A stretch of 64,000 nucleotides of DNA, taken from positions 4,384,001 to 4,448,000 of the forward strand of contig OZ220741.1 in assembly GCA_965116885.1 (NCBI GenBank), read 5' to 3'. A program made the position numbers and the translations under genes. Shown here piece after piece: positions 48,435 through 58,819 of the stretch. The DNA is from Candidatus Latescibacterota bacterium. GTDB lineage: Bacteria; Latescibacterota; UBA2968. The stretch's first letter is position 1. Every line of letters starts with the position of its first letter. The notes under the pieces were generated by a model. It saw only the letters and a list, made by a program, of their open reading frames with translations, made no database searches and was not told the DNA's origin.

Positions 48435-49834
48435 TCAATTTCCCCTCCCAATCTGTGCTCTGGTCGCCACGGCTTTTACAGCTTCTATGCCCAGGCGGTC
48501 TTCGAGTTGTTTCAAGTACAAACTGCGCGGAGAGACTTTCCGCCCGTGTGATTCCCAATATCCATCTTCACGCCTGTACCAGCCGTCTCGTTTTTCGCCG
48601 ATGCAACCAATGGCGTAATTTTGCGATGTTGGGGGTTTTTGCACGATAAAGCTCTCTGCCTCGCAATTCCACAATACTTTTTGTGCACCTGCCCAACCGT
48701 GGCCAGTGCCCGAACCTTGCCGATCCTGAACATTAATGGCATTGCCGTTTACGATTACGTTGTCAAACAGGGTGCAAACAGACCACCGGTGATGGGGGCC
48801 TGAATCATTATGCGCGATATCCGCCGTGCAATCCAAAAACACATTTGGCCCCGGTACGCGTGCGTGTAGCACATAATCGTGACGCCCTCGCCGGGTATAA
48901 CACCGTTGCACGAGGGACAATTGTCCGTGGATGGGAAATGAATATCGCCGTCCCCCGGTGATCTGTGATACGGGGTCGAGACACTGGCTATCCTGCACGG
49001 TCATCCATTTTGCCAGGTTGCCAATGGTTACACATGCATAGCCAAAGTGAACCGAGGTGATATTGCGCGCCCACGCATTCTGCACGCGTGAAAATACGAC
49101 AAAGTTCCAGGCGTGATCTTCATCGATAAACTCATCCTCCCTACTTTCATCTTTTTCGCTGTCATCAAACTCCGATACGCCGCGCAAGTTCTCAATGCCG
49201 ACCTGTTCAATGCGCCCGAGATATTCGTATTTGAGAACCCACCCGCCGCCGTATTCGCGTTCAAATGCATTGCCCATGGGCGCGTCGATTGTTATCCGGT
49301 TGCCTTCTATGGCAGTTATGGTGCGATCAAAGCGAAAGTCATAAGTGCCCGGTTCCCACTGCCGAACGTCGGGATGTGACATCTCAATGCGATCCATCCC
49401 TATTGCCGAAATCCACTGTGCCGTACTGGGGCGATGCACGAGGATGTCATCGCCAACTGCAAAACCCGAAGCATCTGCGATGGCGAATGTTTTTGCGCCT
49501 ACGGGGACATAATCATCTACAATGGCCTGTCGCGTTCCCCCTACCTCTTGCCAGAATGATCTGCCTTCAAACTCGATCAATGTGCGCTGTTCTGTTCCCG
49601 TTGCAATCAATACCGTGCCGTTTTCACCTTCGCCTTCACCGCGCAGTACGACGCCACTTGCCCGAATGTACAGGGTCCCACCAATCCGATATTTTCCGCG
49701 GCATCTCTGGATAACTGTACATTGTTGGACCAACCGGAGAGATTATCGCAATAGGTCAGCGTTTGCACCGGATCGCTGGCAGAGCAAGGACAGGCCCACA
49801 GCAATAGAATTGTGCAGGTGATAAATGATCTCAT
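48435..49834 (-). pseudogene. Secreted beta-helix (pectin-lyase-like) protein with a frameshift or deletion after the signal peptide region
   Basis: GKYRI..TL.I.ASGVVLRGEG, GGRRYSF, DSGPHHRWS, GHGWAGA motifs; the signal peptide MRSFITCTILLLWACPCSA is in another frame, junction near 49700. Confidence 0.65.
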
Positions 49835-50149
49835 TGTGTGTTTTCCTGACCGCTGATCGCTTGTTTCTATATTTGCAAATATCTGTAATTTACTCGAAAA
49901 AATAGGGGTTTTCAAGGTCGTTTTGGCGTATAATGTAGGCGTTGTTGGAGATGTTTCTGACAAAACTATGGAGGTGTCCCTATTGAGATAGACAATTTTA
50001 GGATAGTGTCTCTTTTGAGACTGACAATTGCAAGATTATGTCTATAACTACGTAACATGACCAAATAAAATAGGGCAGACCTTGTGTGGCCTGCCCTATT
50101 GTTGGAATTATTTTGCGTTCAGGTGAATCCAGAAACGCCTTAATGCTGT

Positions 50150-50929
50150 TTACTCAGCCGTTGGATCAAAGCCTTCAATACGCCCTTCCTGAATCTCAAT
50201 CTCATCCCGCCGTCTCACCCGCTCAACCTGTCCATCGCGCAAATCGACCACGCGATCAGACACGCCGAGCATCTTGTGATCGTGGGTATTGGTCACAATG
50301 GTCACACCGCTTTCGCCCTGCATCTTGAGCAACAACTCAATAATTTCCTGCCCGGTCTTCAAATCGAGATTTCCAGTCGGCTCATCGGCCAGAATCAAAT
50401 CGGGATCATTGGCCATGGCTCTCGCAATAGCCACGCGCTGCTGCTGTCCGCCCGACAGTTCGTAGGGTTTGTGATGCAGGCGGTCGGAAAGCCCCACCAG
50501 CGACAATTTGTGTGCGGCTTTTTCTTCGTAATCACTGCGCGACATGCCCGAAAACACCATGGGCAAAGACACATTTTCAAGTGCCGACATAACGGGAATC
50601 AGGTTAAACGACTGGAAAATATACCCCACACTGTGGCAGCGCAAATAGGCAATTTGCCCCTGACTCATATCGCCCATATTGGCACCATTGACCAATACGG
50701 TACCCTTAGTGGGCGTATCCAGTGCCCCAACCATGTTAAACATCGTGGTTTTGCCCGAACCCGAAGGCCCCATAATTGACAAATACTCACCGCGAATCAC
50801 ATCGAGATATACCCCGCGCAGGGCATGCACTTCCTGATCGCCCATCCGATAGGTCTTCCAGACCCCCTGGACTTTGATAATATAATCTTCAGTATCAACC
50901 TGTTGTTCAGCAGCCGATTCCTGAGCCAT
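50150..50929 (-). CDS. ABC transporter ATP-binding protein, LolD/MacB type
   Basis: GPSGSGKT, LSGGQQQRVAIARA, LILADEPTGNLD, THD motifs. Confidence 0.95.
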   Translation of the reverse strand: MAQESAAEQQVDTEDYIIKVQGVWKTYRMGDQEVHALRGVYLDVIRGEYLSIMGPSGSGKTTMFNMVGALDTPTKGTVLVNGANMGDMSQGQIAYLRCHSVGYIFQSFNLIPVMSALENVSLPMVFSGMSRSDYEEKAAHKLSLVGLSDRLHHKPYELSGGQQQRVAIARAMANDPDLILADEPTGNLDLKTGQEIIELLLKMQGESGVTIVTNTHDHKMLGVSDRVVDLRDGQVERVRRRDEIEIQEGRIEGFDPTAE

Positions 50930-51119
50930 TGTGTTCTCCTCTGAAACAATAAAGTTCACCATTGAACTCACGTATGGTAGCGAAAACCCATGGGCATGTC
51001 AAGCCATTTTCATCCCAATAAAATTCTACGTGATTCCACAGGCCTCTTCTACTATATTCTAAGCCGCGTTGTGCGACAGACCTATCGCATCACCAAAACC
51101 AATACGAAAGGATAGCATC

Positions 51120-51944
51120 ATGAAACTCGCAGTATGCAATGAATTTTTTGAAGATTGGAAAATTGAAGACGTCTTTAACTACGCAGCGGAAATTGGCTGT
51201 GACGGCGTTGAACTCGCGCCTTTTACACTGGCGGAAAGCGTCACACAAATCTCTGCCAAACAGCGCAGCGACATTCGCAAAGCCGCTGAAAAAGCCGGCG
51301 TCGAAATCGTTGGCTTGCACTGGCTACTCGCCAGTCCACCCGGGCTTTATCTCACGCATCCCGACAAAGCCATTCGCGACAAAACTGAGGACTATATCAA
51401 AGCATTGATCAATTTCTGTGGCGATCTGGGTGGGTCAATTATGATCCACGGTTCTCCGGCACAGCGCAACATCCAAAAAGGCTGGGACCGCGAAGAATGC
51501 TGGAAATACGCCGTCGATGTCTTTTCGAACTGCACCGCAGAAATGCAACAAAACAACGTCACCTATTGCATCGAAGCACTCACGGGCAAAGAGACCAATA
51601 TTTTGAACGCCATCTCTGAAGCCCTAAAAATGGTCGCCGATGTCGGCCACCCAAATTTCCAGACCATGGTCGATACCAAAGCCGCAGCCGCTGAAAACAA
51701 ATCCCATGTAGATGTAATCGCCGAAGCCGGCAAAGCCATGCGCCATGTCCATGTCAACGACCCCAATTTGCGCGGTCCGGGATTTGGCGATCTGCAATTT
51801 GCATCCATCCTCCGCGCCCTCAAAGACCGCCACTACGATGGTTATATATCCGTAGAAGTCTTTGACTTCAAACCCGACCCGAAAACCATTGCCGCACGCA
51901 GCATCGGCTATCTCAAGGGTATCTTGGAAGGATTAGAAAATTAG
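51120..51944 (+). CDS. Sugar phosphate isomerase/epimerase (ketose 3-epimerase-like TIM barrel)
   Basis: DGVEL, CIEAL...ETN, HVHVND...GPG.G, ISVEVF motifs. Confidence 0.85.
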   Translation: MKLAVCNEFFEDWKIEDVFNYAAEIGCDGVELAPFTLAESVTQISAKQRSDIRKAAEKAGVEIVGLHWLLASPPGLYLTHPDKAIRDKTEDYIKALINFCGDLGGSIMIHGSPAQRNIQKGWDREECWKYAVDVFSNCTAEMQQNNVTYCIEALTGKETNILNAISEALKMVADVGHPNFQTMVDTKAAAAENKSHVDVIAEAGKAMRHVHVNDPNLRGPGFGDLQFASILRALKDRHYDGYISVEVFDFKPDPKTIAARSIGYLKGILEGLEN

Positions 51945-51977
51945 AGGTAATGACGGGCGGGCACGGGGGCACCGCCC

Positions 51978-52916
51978 CTACACACATCTCACTACCCACT
52001 TCTCATCCAATCCCGGCAAGTACTTTGGCGGGCTGTGATACATGTAACCCTGCATAAATCGCACCGATGTCTCCAGAGACAGCGACCGCCGCAACGCGAG
52101 TGCCTCCTGTAATTTGTCGTAGTCTGGCCCATCGCCGCCGAGGTCTGCCGATTGCCGCGTCGCCTGCCAGTGTTCATAGCTCGCGTATCGCGTCATCATC
52201 AAGATCTCGTCAAAATCGGGGCTCTCTTTGCGATCACATGCAGGGGGCGGTGGATAAATGACGCGCCATTGCCCAATAATGCGCGCGCCAATTTTTTCAA
52301 AATAGGGCCACACGCCCGCCAGGCTCGCCCGATAAAATTCGTCGTAACAACCCTTCTTCACCTTCCAATAACGCAGCGTCACAATCTCTTGCCCGAGTTG
52401 CGCTATATCATTGCGCACAGGCCTGACATCAGTTTCTCCCGATTTCCCATCCATCAACTGATATGATTCCTCAACACCGGGCATATAATAGGGCTTATCG
52501 GGCGCCATGTGCCCTTGTAAAAAAAAGGGACCATCAGAACCGATCAACACCTCGTTGCGATCTCTCAGCGCCTTTGTATTTGCCTCGCTATCGGGACCAT
52601 CGCCGCCCAACCCGATATTTGCAGGCGGTCGCGTGTGCTGCCAGTGCTTGAAACTCGCATATCGCGCCAGGCGATACCCCTCGTCGTAATCTCCCGGCTC
52701 GCCCACCCCATCGGGATAAACGATCTGCCATTGCCCGACCATACGCACACCGATCTTTTCAAACCACGGCCATACGCCTGCCCGGCTAATTTCGTAAAAC
52801 GTCTGATGCTCACCCTTTTTGAGCTTTTGATGGCGCAGAACCAATACCTCCTCACCCGGCTGCGCGACCTGATTCCTCACGGGACGGGGTATCTGTTGTT
52901 TGGCTTTATCAATCAT
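51978..52916 (-). CDS. Protein with two tandem NIPSNAP-like repeats
   Basis: Internal duplication of GVWP(W/Y)FEKIG.R..GQW...RYAS..HWQ.TR...GGDGPD. Confidence 0.65.
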   Translation of the reverse strand: MIDKAKQQIPRPVRNQVAQPGEEVLVLRHQKLKKGEHQTFYEISRAGVWPWFEKIGVRMVGQWQIVYPDGVGEPGDYDEGYRLARYASFKHWQHTRPPANIGLGGDGPDSEANTKALRDRNEVLIGSDGPFFLQGHMAPDKPYYMPGVEESYQLMDGKSGETDVRPVRNDIAQLGQEIVTLRYWKVKKGCYDEFYRASLAGVWPYFEKIGARIIGQWRVIYPPPPACDRKESPDFDEILMMTRYASYEHWQATRQSADLGGDGPDYDKLQEALALRRSLSLETSVRFMQGYMYHSPPKYLPGLDEKWVVRCV

Positions 52917-53754
52917 CAGAACCTCCGCGTTCCGGCAACCGCTCTGCCACAAATCCCAATTCTTCTTTAATCCGACTCACATCGTAAACACTATCGTATT
53001 CATGCCCGGGCTGTTCAAAATGCGACAGATCCACCTCATCGCCCCACCATGCGCGAAAAATATCCGCCACGGGTACGGCAACCCACGCTGTGGGACCAGC
53101 GGCATTCATAATGCGAACCCCGGGTTTGTGCGGTGACAGTGCAGACAGCGTGAAGACCCGAACTGCATCTGGCAAATCCATAATGGTCATGCTGCCCAGC
53201 CCCCACTGTCGCGTCGGAGAAATATTTCGCAAAGGCGGCAATCCGGCGTGCGGCACCGAAGACAGCCGCAAATTGATCACATCGATATCGCCATTTTGCC
53301 GCGCATAGAATTTTGTAATCTCCTCCATCAAAAATTTCGACAAACCATACCCATTGCTGTCCAGACATGGGTGTTCATCGGGAATCGGCAATGTCTGGGG
53401 ACGAAAAGCCGGATTCTGCATCCCAACCGCTGCGATCGAACTCGCCATCACAAATTTGCGGCATCCGCGATCCATCAAATAGCGCATCAAACACCGCGTG
53501 CCCTCCACATTGACAATCAGCGCATCGCGCTCCGAACAACCGCCAGTCACAGCCGCGAGGTGAATCACCACATCAATCGCCTCATCATTGAGCTGTTGCA
53601 AATCTTCAAAAGAGCCAAACTCGCCGTTCACATAGGGCAAATCCAATTCTGGATCTTTTCGGCTCATACAAATCACCCTGTGATCTTCCGCCATCAAGGC
53701 CGACAGTGCTCGACCAATAAAACCACTCGCCCCGGTAATCAGTATTGTACTCAC
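52909..53754 (-). CDS. NAD-dependent epimerase/dehydratase
   Basis: ITGASGFIG, VIHLAA, YGLSK motifs. Confidence 0.92.
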   Translation of the reverse strand: MSTILITGASGFIGRALSALMAEDHRVICMSRKDPELDLPYVNGEFGSFEDLQQLNDEAIDVVIHLAAVTGGCSERDALIVNVEGTRCLMRYLMDRGCRKFVMASSIAAVGMQNPAFRPQTLPIPDEHPCLDSNGYGLSKFLMEEITKFYARQNGDIDVINLRLSSVPHAGLPPLRNISPTRQWGLGSMTIMDLPDAVRVFTLSALSPHKPGVRIMNAAGPTAWVAVPVADIFRAWWGDEVDLSHFEQPGHEYDSVYDVSRIKEELGFVAERLPERGGSDD

Positions 53755-53769
53755 AATCCCTCCTCAGTT

Positions 53770-55002
53770 TTAATTGCTAAAAACATCACTCGCCCCACTC
53801 AAAACATCTGCGATAACCTCCCCCTCTTTCATCACCATCTCCACCTGTCGCAAGCATTCGATATCCTCAAGCGGATTGCCCGACAGTGCTATCACATCTG
53901 CGAACATCCCAACACCGAGATATCCCACACAATCCGCCATGCCCAACATCTCAGCCGTATTCGTCGTTACCGCTTTCAACGCATCCACCTCCGACACACC
54001 CAGCCCAACGAGTTCTTTTGCCTCGCGCCAGAGCGTTGCATGCGTGCTATCGGTACCCAAACACACTTTCACACCCGCACGCACGGCTTCGGGAATATAT
54101 TTTGCCGTCAATTCGCGCGCGCGTTCAACCCGCTCGCGCCACCAATCCCATGACCACGTATCAAAAGACGCAAAACCCACTTCATCGTCGAAAAACAGTT
54201 GTAAATTTGGATCGCTCAAATACGCGCCCGATTTCACAAACAAAGCCACATCCTCTTCGGTCAACAAATTGGCGTGTTCAATACTATCGATCCCCGCTTC
54301 CATTGCCCAGCGCATTGCTGGCCCACCAATCGCGTGTGCGGCCACGGGCAGTCCCTGATCGTGTGAAACAGCAATCGCCGCATCAATTTCCCGCCTCGAA
54401 TACGCCGCCACATCTGTCAAATCACCTCGAATATAGTCCTCATACGCATCGCCCTGCCGCACATTGGTAATAAACAACTTGGTCCAATCCGCACCCTGAG
54501 AAAAATTCTCTCTGATCTTCAGCGTCAGCTCTTCTTCCCCATCTGCTGGAAAACACAAAAAAGGCGCAGTCCCATGACTCGGTCTCAATGCCCGCACACA
54601 CACCTTCAACCTCGGCCCCACGGCTTCGCCGCGATCAATCGCCCCTTGAAAAGCCTTCTCAACACCCGGACGATCTCCCAGAGTGCGCATAGTCGTAACG
54701 CCTGTACTAAGATCGCTTCGCAAATTCATCGCACCGCGCAACACAGCCGTTGTCGCATCCAGATCGAAATGCGCGCTCAAAGGCGTGTTGAACCGATTGT
54801 TAATCGTAATATGTACATGAGAATCAATCAACGCCGGCATCACAGTATATGACGAGCAATCCACCACCTCGGCGTCTGGAGGCACATCCACTTCAGTTCC
54901 GACATCGACCACGCGCCCTTTGTCCACCACGACCATCCCCCGCGGAACAGGTACACAATCGGGATGAACAATCAACAATTTGGATTTAATCACTTTTGAC
55001 AT
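53770..55002 (-). CDS. Amidohydrolase family protein
   Basis: MPALIDSHVH, GVTTMR, VAAHA, SIEHA, GTD, G..AD.I...GNPL motifs. Confidence 0.92.
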   Translation of the reverse strand: MSKVIKSKLLIVHPDCVPVPRGMVVVDKGRVVDVGTEVDVPPDAEVVDCSSYTVMPALIDSHVHITINNRFNTPLSAHFDLDATTAVLRGAMNLRSDLSTGVTTMRTLGDRPGVEKAFQGAIDRGEAVGPRLKVCVRALRPSHGTAPFLCFPADGEEELTLKIRENFSQGADWTKLFITNVRQGDAYEDYIRGDLTDVAAYSRREIDAAIAVSHDQGLPVAAHAIGGPAMRWAMEAGIDSIEHANLLTEEDVALFVKSGAYLSDPNLQLFFDDEVGFASFDTWSWDWWRERVERARELTAKYIPEAVRAGVKVCLGTDSTHATLWREAKELVGLGVSEVDALKAVTTNTAEMLGMADCVGYLGVGMFADVIALSGNPLEDIECLRQVEMVMKEGEVIADVLSGASDVFSN

Positions 55003-55071
55003 ACTTATTTTGTTTGTATAATGTAGGTGGAACAACAAAACACCGTCATATTGACCACCGGAGATCTATTC

Positions 55072-56325
55072 ATGCAATTTGGCATCTTTTACGAACACCA
55101 GATACCCCGCCCCTGGGCAGAAGGCGAAGAACACCAGCTATTCAAAGACGCGCTCGAACAAGTCGAAGTCGCCGACCGGATCGGCATTGAATATGTTTGG
55201 GAAGTTGAACATCACTTTTTGGAAGAATATTCCCACTCCTCAGCACCGGAAGTCTTTCTCGCCGCCTGTAGCCAACGCTCGAAAAATATCCGCCTGGGAC
55301 ACGGCATTGTACTCATGCCCCCCAATTACAACCATCCGGCTCGCGTTGCCGAACGCATCGCAACCCTCGATCTGATCAGCGACGGACGCGTCGAATGGGG
55401 CACGGGAGAATCGGCCTCCCGCGCAGAACTCGAAGGATTCAACGTGCCGCCCGGAGAGAAAAAAGCCATGTGGGCGGAAACCGTACGAGAAACCGCCAAA
55501 ATGCTCGCATCGGACCCGTATCCCGGATATGACGGCGAATTTTTCTCCATGCCCGAACGCAACGTCTTGCCCAAACCCCTGCAAAAACCCCATCCACCGC
55601 TATGGGTCGCCTGTTCCAACCGCGAAAGCATTCGCTGGGCGGGAAAACACGGCATTGGCGCACTCACCTTTGCCTTTATCGAACCCGAAGACGCCAAATA
55701 CTGGGTTGACGAATACTACACCGCATTTGAAAACGAATGCGAACCCCTCGGACAAGCCGTCAACCCCACCATCGCCATGGTCGCCGGATTCATGTGTCAT
55801 GAAAACGGAGAAACAGCGAGGGCACAAGGTCTCGAAGGATTTCAATTTTTCGGCTATGCACTTTCCCATTACTACCGCCACGGAACTCACATCCCCGGCG
55901 AATTTGACATCTGGGCAGACTTCCAGCAAAACAAACCAGAACGAAAAAAAGGTTCGGGATCGGGCTGCATTGGCTCCCCGGATGAAATACGCGCTCACCT
56001 CGAATCAATGGAAGAAATCGGCGTCGATCAGGTCGTCTTCCTGCAGCAAGCCGGCAACAACAGACACGATCATATATGCGAATCACTCGAACATTTCGCA
56101 CAAAATGTATTGCCAGACTTCAAAGCGCGACACGAAATATACGCCGCACAAAAAGCAGAACGGCTCGGTCCAGCCATCGAAAAAGCACTTACTAAAATTC
56201 CACCAATAGACAAACCCAAATCCACCCCCTTCGAAGCCTATCCACTCTTAAAATCACCCGAAGAAAAGCAGGAAGACCTCGAAATTGTGGAATCTGTTGC
56301 GGGAAAGCGGGATGATTCGCCTTAG
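55072..56325 (+). CDS. LLM-class (luciferase-like) flavin-dependent monooxygenase
   Basis: VWEVEHHF, HPARVAERIATLDLIS.GR, PKPLQKPHPPLW motifs. Confidence 0.93.
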   Translation: MQFGIFYEHQIPRPWAEGEEHQLFKDALEQVEVADRIGIEYVWEVEHHFLEEYSHSSAPEVFLAACSQRSKNIRLGHGIVLMPPNYNHPARVAERIATLDLISDGRVEWGTGESASRAELEGFNVPPGEKKAMWAETVRETAKMLASDPYPGYDGEFFSMPERNVLPKPLQKPHPPLWVACSNRESIRWAGKHGIGALTFAFIEPEDAKYWVDEYYTAFENECEPLGQAVNPTIAMVAGFMCHENGETARAQGLEGFQFFGYALSHYYRHGTHIPGEFDIWADFQQNKPERKKGSGSGCIGSPDEIRAHLESMEEIGVDQVVFLQQAGNNRHDHICESLEHFAQNVLPDFKARHEIYAAQKAERLGPAIEKALTKIPPIDKPKSTPFEAYPLLKSPEEKQEDLEIVESVAGKRDDSP

Positions 56326-56361
56326 CCATAGATCGCTGATTTTATCTGCGTTCATCTGCGT

Positions 56362-57573
56362 TCATCTGCGGATGCGTCCAATAGCCTCGCGCACCGCTTC
56401 TATTGTATCTTCAATATCCGCTTCCGTATGTGCCAGAGAGAGAAACATCGGATGCGAGGGATGTAAGTAATACCCCCGTGCAAGACATCCCCGCAACATC
56501 TCCATGCAGCGATCGCGGTCAGAATCTTCCATCACGGGACGCGGCATTGGCCCGACACCAATGAGATGATAACTCAGCCCTCCTGCTTTGCAAACAGCGT
56601 TGACACCTTCGATCAACCGATTTCCAATCTTCCATTGATAAGCAATGCCACTGCGCCTCTGCAGTTCCCCTATCACGACCTCCATAGCCGCCAAACTGAG
56701 CGGATCCCCGTGCGCGGTAGCCGTCATCCACGCCGACTGGCACGCTTTTGACCCCAGAATCTCGCGTTTCCCTGCAATAAAACTTCCCGCATACCCATTG
56801 CAACACGCTTTGCCAAACGTCGCAATATCGGGTACAACCCCATAATATTCACCCGCGCCGCCCATTGCCACGCGAAACCCCACCTTTGTCTCGTCAAACA
56901 CGCAGATTGCGCCGTGTGCATGCGCCAGATCCACACAGCCTTGTAAAAACCCATCCGGCGGTCCGCTTCCTTGAATCGTCTCCATAACCACACACGCCAC
57001 CTGATTGTCATACTTCTTCAAATGCGATTCCAAAGCGTCTAAATCGCCGTAGGGAACCGCACAGGTCAACGCGCTGACGGCCTGTGGAACGCCCTCATCG
57101 CCGGGACGCGCCCAATCGTGCCAGCCGTGATACCCGCACATAATCACTCTATCGCGCCCCGTATATACCCGCGACAGGCGCATCGCACTGGAAGTCGCTG
57201 CACTGCCCCCAATAAAAAAACCCACCATCTCCGCACACGGAATCACCTCGATGAGTAATTCTGCAACCGTCAACTCTCGGGGATGAGCCAGACCGTACAC
57301 CGTGCCATTCGCCATCTGATCCTGTACTGCACGGCATACAGCGGGGTCATCATACCCCAGAACAATTGGTCCAAAACCCATTAAATAATCCAGATACGCA
57401 TTGCCATCCACATCCCAAAACCGCGCCCCCGATGCGCGCTGGACAAATGCGGGATAGCCTCTATCCGCCATACCAAAAATATTCTTATGCGGAATGTACC
57501 CGCGAAACAGAACATCGTCATAGCGATTCAGCAGAGCCTTTGACTTTGCAATGGAGTAATTCTCTTTTGACAT
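56362..57573 (-). CDS. Class III PLP aminotransferase (GSA-aminomutase-like)
   Basis: DVDGN.YLDY, YHGWHD, FDETKVGFR, PDIATFGKA motifs. Confidence 0.9.
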   Translation of the reverse strand: MSKENYSIAKSKALLNRYDDVLFRGYIPHKNIFGMADRGYPAFVQRASGARFWDVDGNAYLDYLMGFGPIVLGYDDPAVCRAVQDQMANGTVYGLAHPRELTVAELLIEVIPCAEMVGFFIGGSAATSSAMRLSRVYTGRDRVIMCGYHGWHDWARPGDEGVPQAVSALTCAVPYGDLDALESHLKKYDNQVACVVMETIQGSGPPDGFLQGCVDLAHAHGAICVFDETKVGFRVAMGGAGEYYGVVPDIATFGKACCNGYAGSFIAGKREILGSKACQSAWMTATAHGDPLSLAAMEVVIGELQRRSGIAYQWKIGNRLIEGVNAVCKAGGLSYHLIGVGPMPRPVMEDSDRDRCMEMLRGCLARGYYLHPSHPMFLSLAHTEADIEDTIEAVREAIGRIRR

Positions 57574-57784
57574 TTCGCCCCCTGTATTCATAAATTGAAC
57601 CTCTTTTTTCAACAAATAAACTTCTCGCATAAACACAAGCACAAAATAGACTGCTTGCGCGTTTCTATTTACTTGCTACCCGTCTTTTCTTATCCTATTT
57701 TTTATAATATAAAACTACAGGAGCCTACCTGCCTCCTTTCTCTCGCCTCTTACGTCTCACCTCTTGCCTCTCACTGGATAATTT

Positions 57785-58819
57785 ATGCCACGCGAACTCA
57801 TAGCAGACCGACCGGGGAATACGACATTGCGGGAATACGACGAAGAACCCTTAAAACCCGATCAAGTACGCGCAAAAACCCTGTTTTCAGCAGTAAAACA
57901 CGGCACGGAGTTCCGGGGTTTTCAGGCCAATACACTCGATGCGTCCGATGTTTTTAGCTGGGAATGGCGCATGCACCTGCGCGGGCAAAAACAGAAAGAT
58001 GCGTTTCCAAAACGGCTGGGCAATATGTATGTCGCCGAAGTGACAGATGTGGGACGAGACGTGTCAAATATTCGGGTGGGAGATCGAATATTTGGCCATG
58101 GTCCCGTTCGAGAAACGCATACACTTTCGGCGGACCGCGTAGAAAAAGCCCCGGATGGCGTATCGTGGCAGGCTCTAATGGCTACAGACCCCGCAGGCGT
58201 TGCCCTCGGCGGCGTCAGAGATGCCAATATCCGCATTGGGGATCGCGTCGCAGTCTTTGGTTTAGGGGCGATTGGATTGATGACCGTACAACTCGCCCGC
58301 ATCGCAGGCGCGCGCTGGGTTGCGGCAATTGACCCCATTGAAAAGCGATGCCTGATTTCCGAAGCCTACGGTGCAGACCTCGTCCTGGACCCGCGCGAAG
58401 CCGATGTGGGCCTGGTCATTAAGCAAGCCACCGCAAAACTCGGCGTCGATGTATCCATGGAAACCAGTGGATCGTCCGCCGCTATGACCGACGCACTGCG
58501 TTCAACGCGCTATCAGGGCACCGTTGTATCCACAGCATATTACAACACCCCCATGCAAAACCTGCACTTGACCGGCGAATGGCATCGCAATCGAATTCGC
58601 ATTATATCCGTGAGATCCGACAGCGAACCCTGGCTGGATTACGGATGGGACAAAAAGCGCGGCAATAAAGAAGCCTACGACCTGCTCGTTGAAGGCCGTC
58701 TAAACGCCGAGGGCTTAATCGATCCCATCGTGCCATTTAATCGCGTTGCCGAAGCCTATATGCAAATGAACGAACATCCGGAAACGGGCATTAAACTCGG
58801 TGTTGATCATTCCCTCTAA
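57785..58819 (+). CDS. MDR-family (zinc-binding alcohol dehydrogenase-like) oxidoreductase
   Basis: HGTE, VFGLGAIG Rossmann motif. Confidence 0.85.
   Translation: MPRELIADRPGNTTLREYDEEPLKPDQVRAKTLFSAVKHGTEFRGFQANTLDASDVFSWEWRMHLRGQKQKDAFPKRLGNMYVAEVTDVGRDVSNIRVGDRIFGHGPVRETHTLSADRVEKAPDGVSWQALMATDPAGVALGGVRDANIRIGDRVAVFGLGAIGLMTVQLARIAGARWVAAIDPIEKRCLISEAYGADLVLDPREADVGLVIKQATAKLGVDVSMETSGSSAAMTDALRSTRYQGTVVSTAYYNTPMQNLHLTGEWHRNRIRIISVRSDSEPWLDYGWDKKRGNKEAYDLLVEGRLNAEGLIDPIVPFNRVAEAYMQMNEHPETGIKLGVDHSL

Noticed and set aside
47872..48618. Intact 248 aa response regulator
   Set aside because: It lacks the start of the receiver domain and everything from GAFTGA onward. The tail runs antisense into the next gene.
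7375..49834. Integron cassette array (co-oriented genes near a tyrosine recombinase)
   Set aside because: No recurring attC-like sites were seen, the recombinase lacks the integron-integrase insertion, and the genes are large with their own promoters.
56345..57775. Short tandem repeats (ATCTGCGTTC near 56345; 7-mer TCTC(G/A)CC-like run near 57740)
   Set aside because: They are low-complexity repeats at gene ends with no evidence of function or phase variation.
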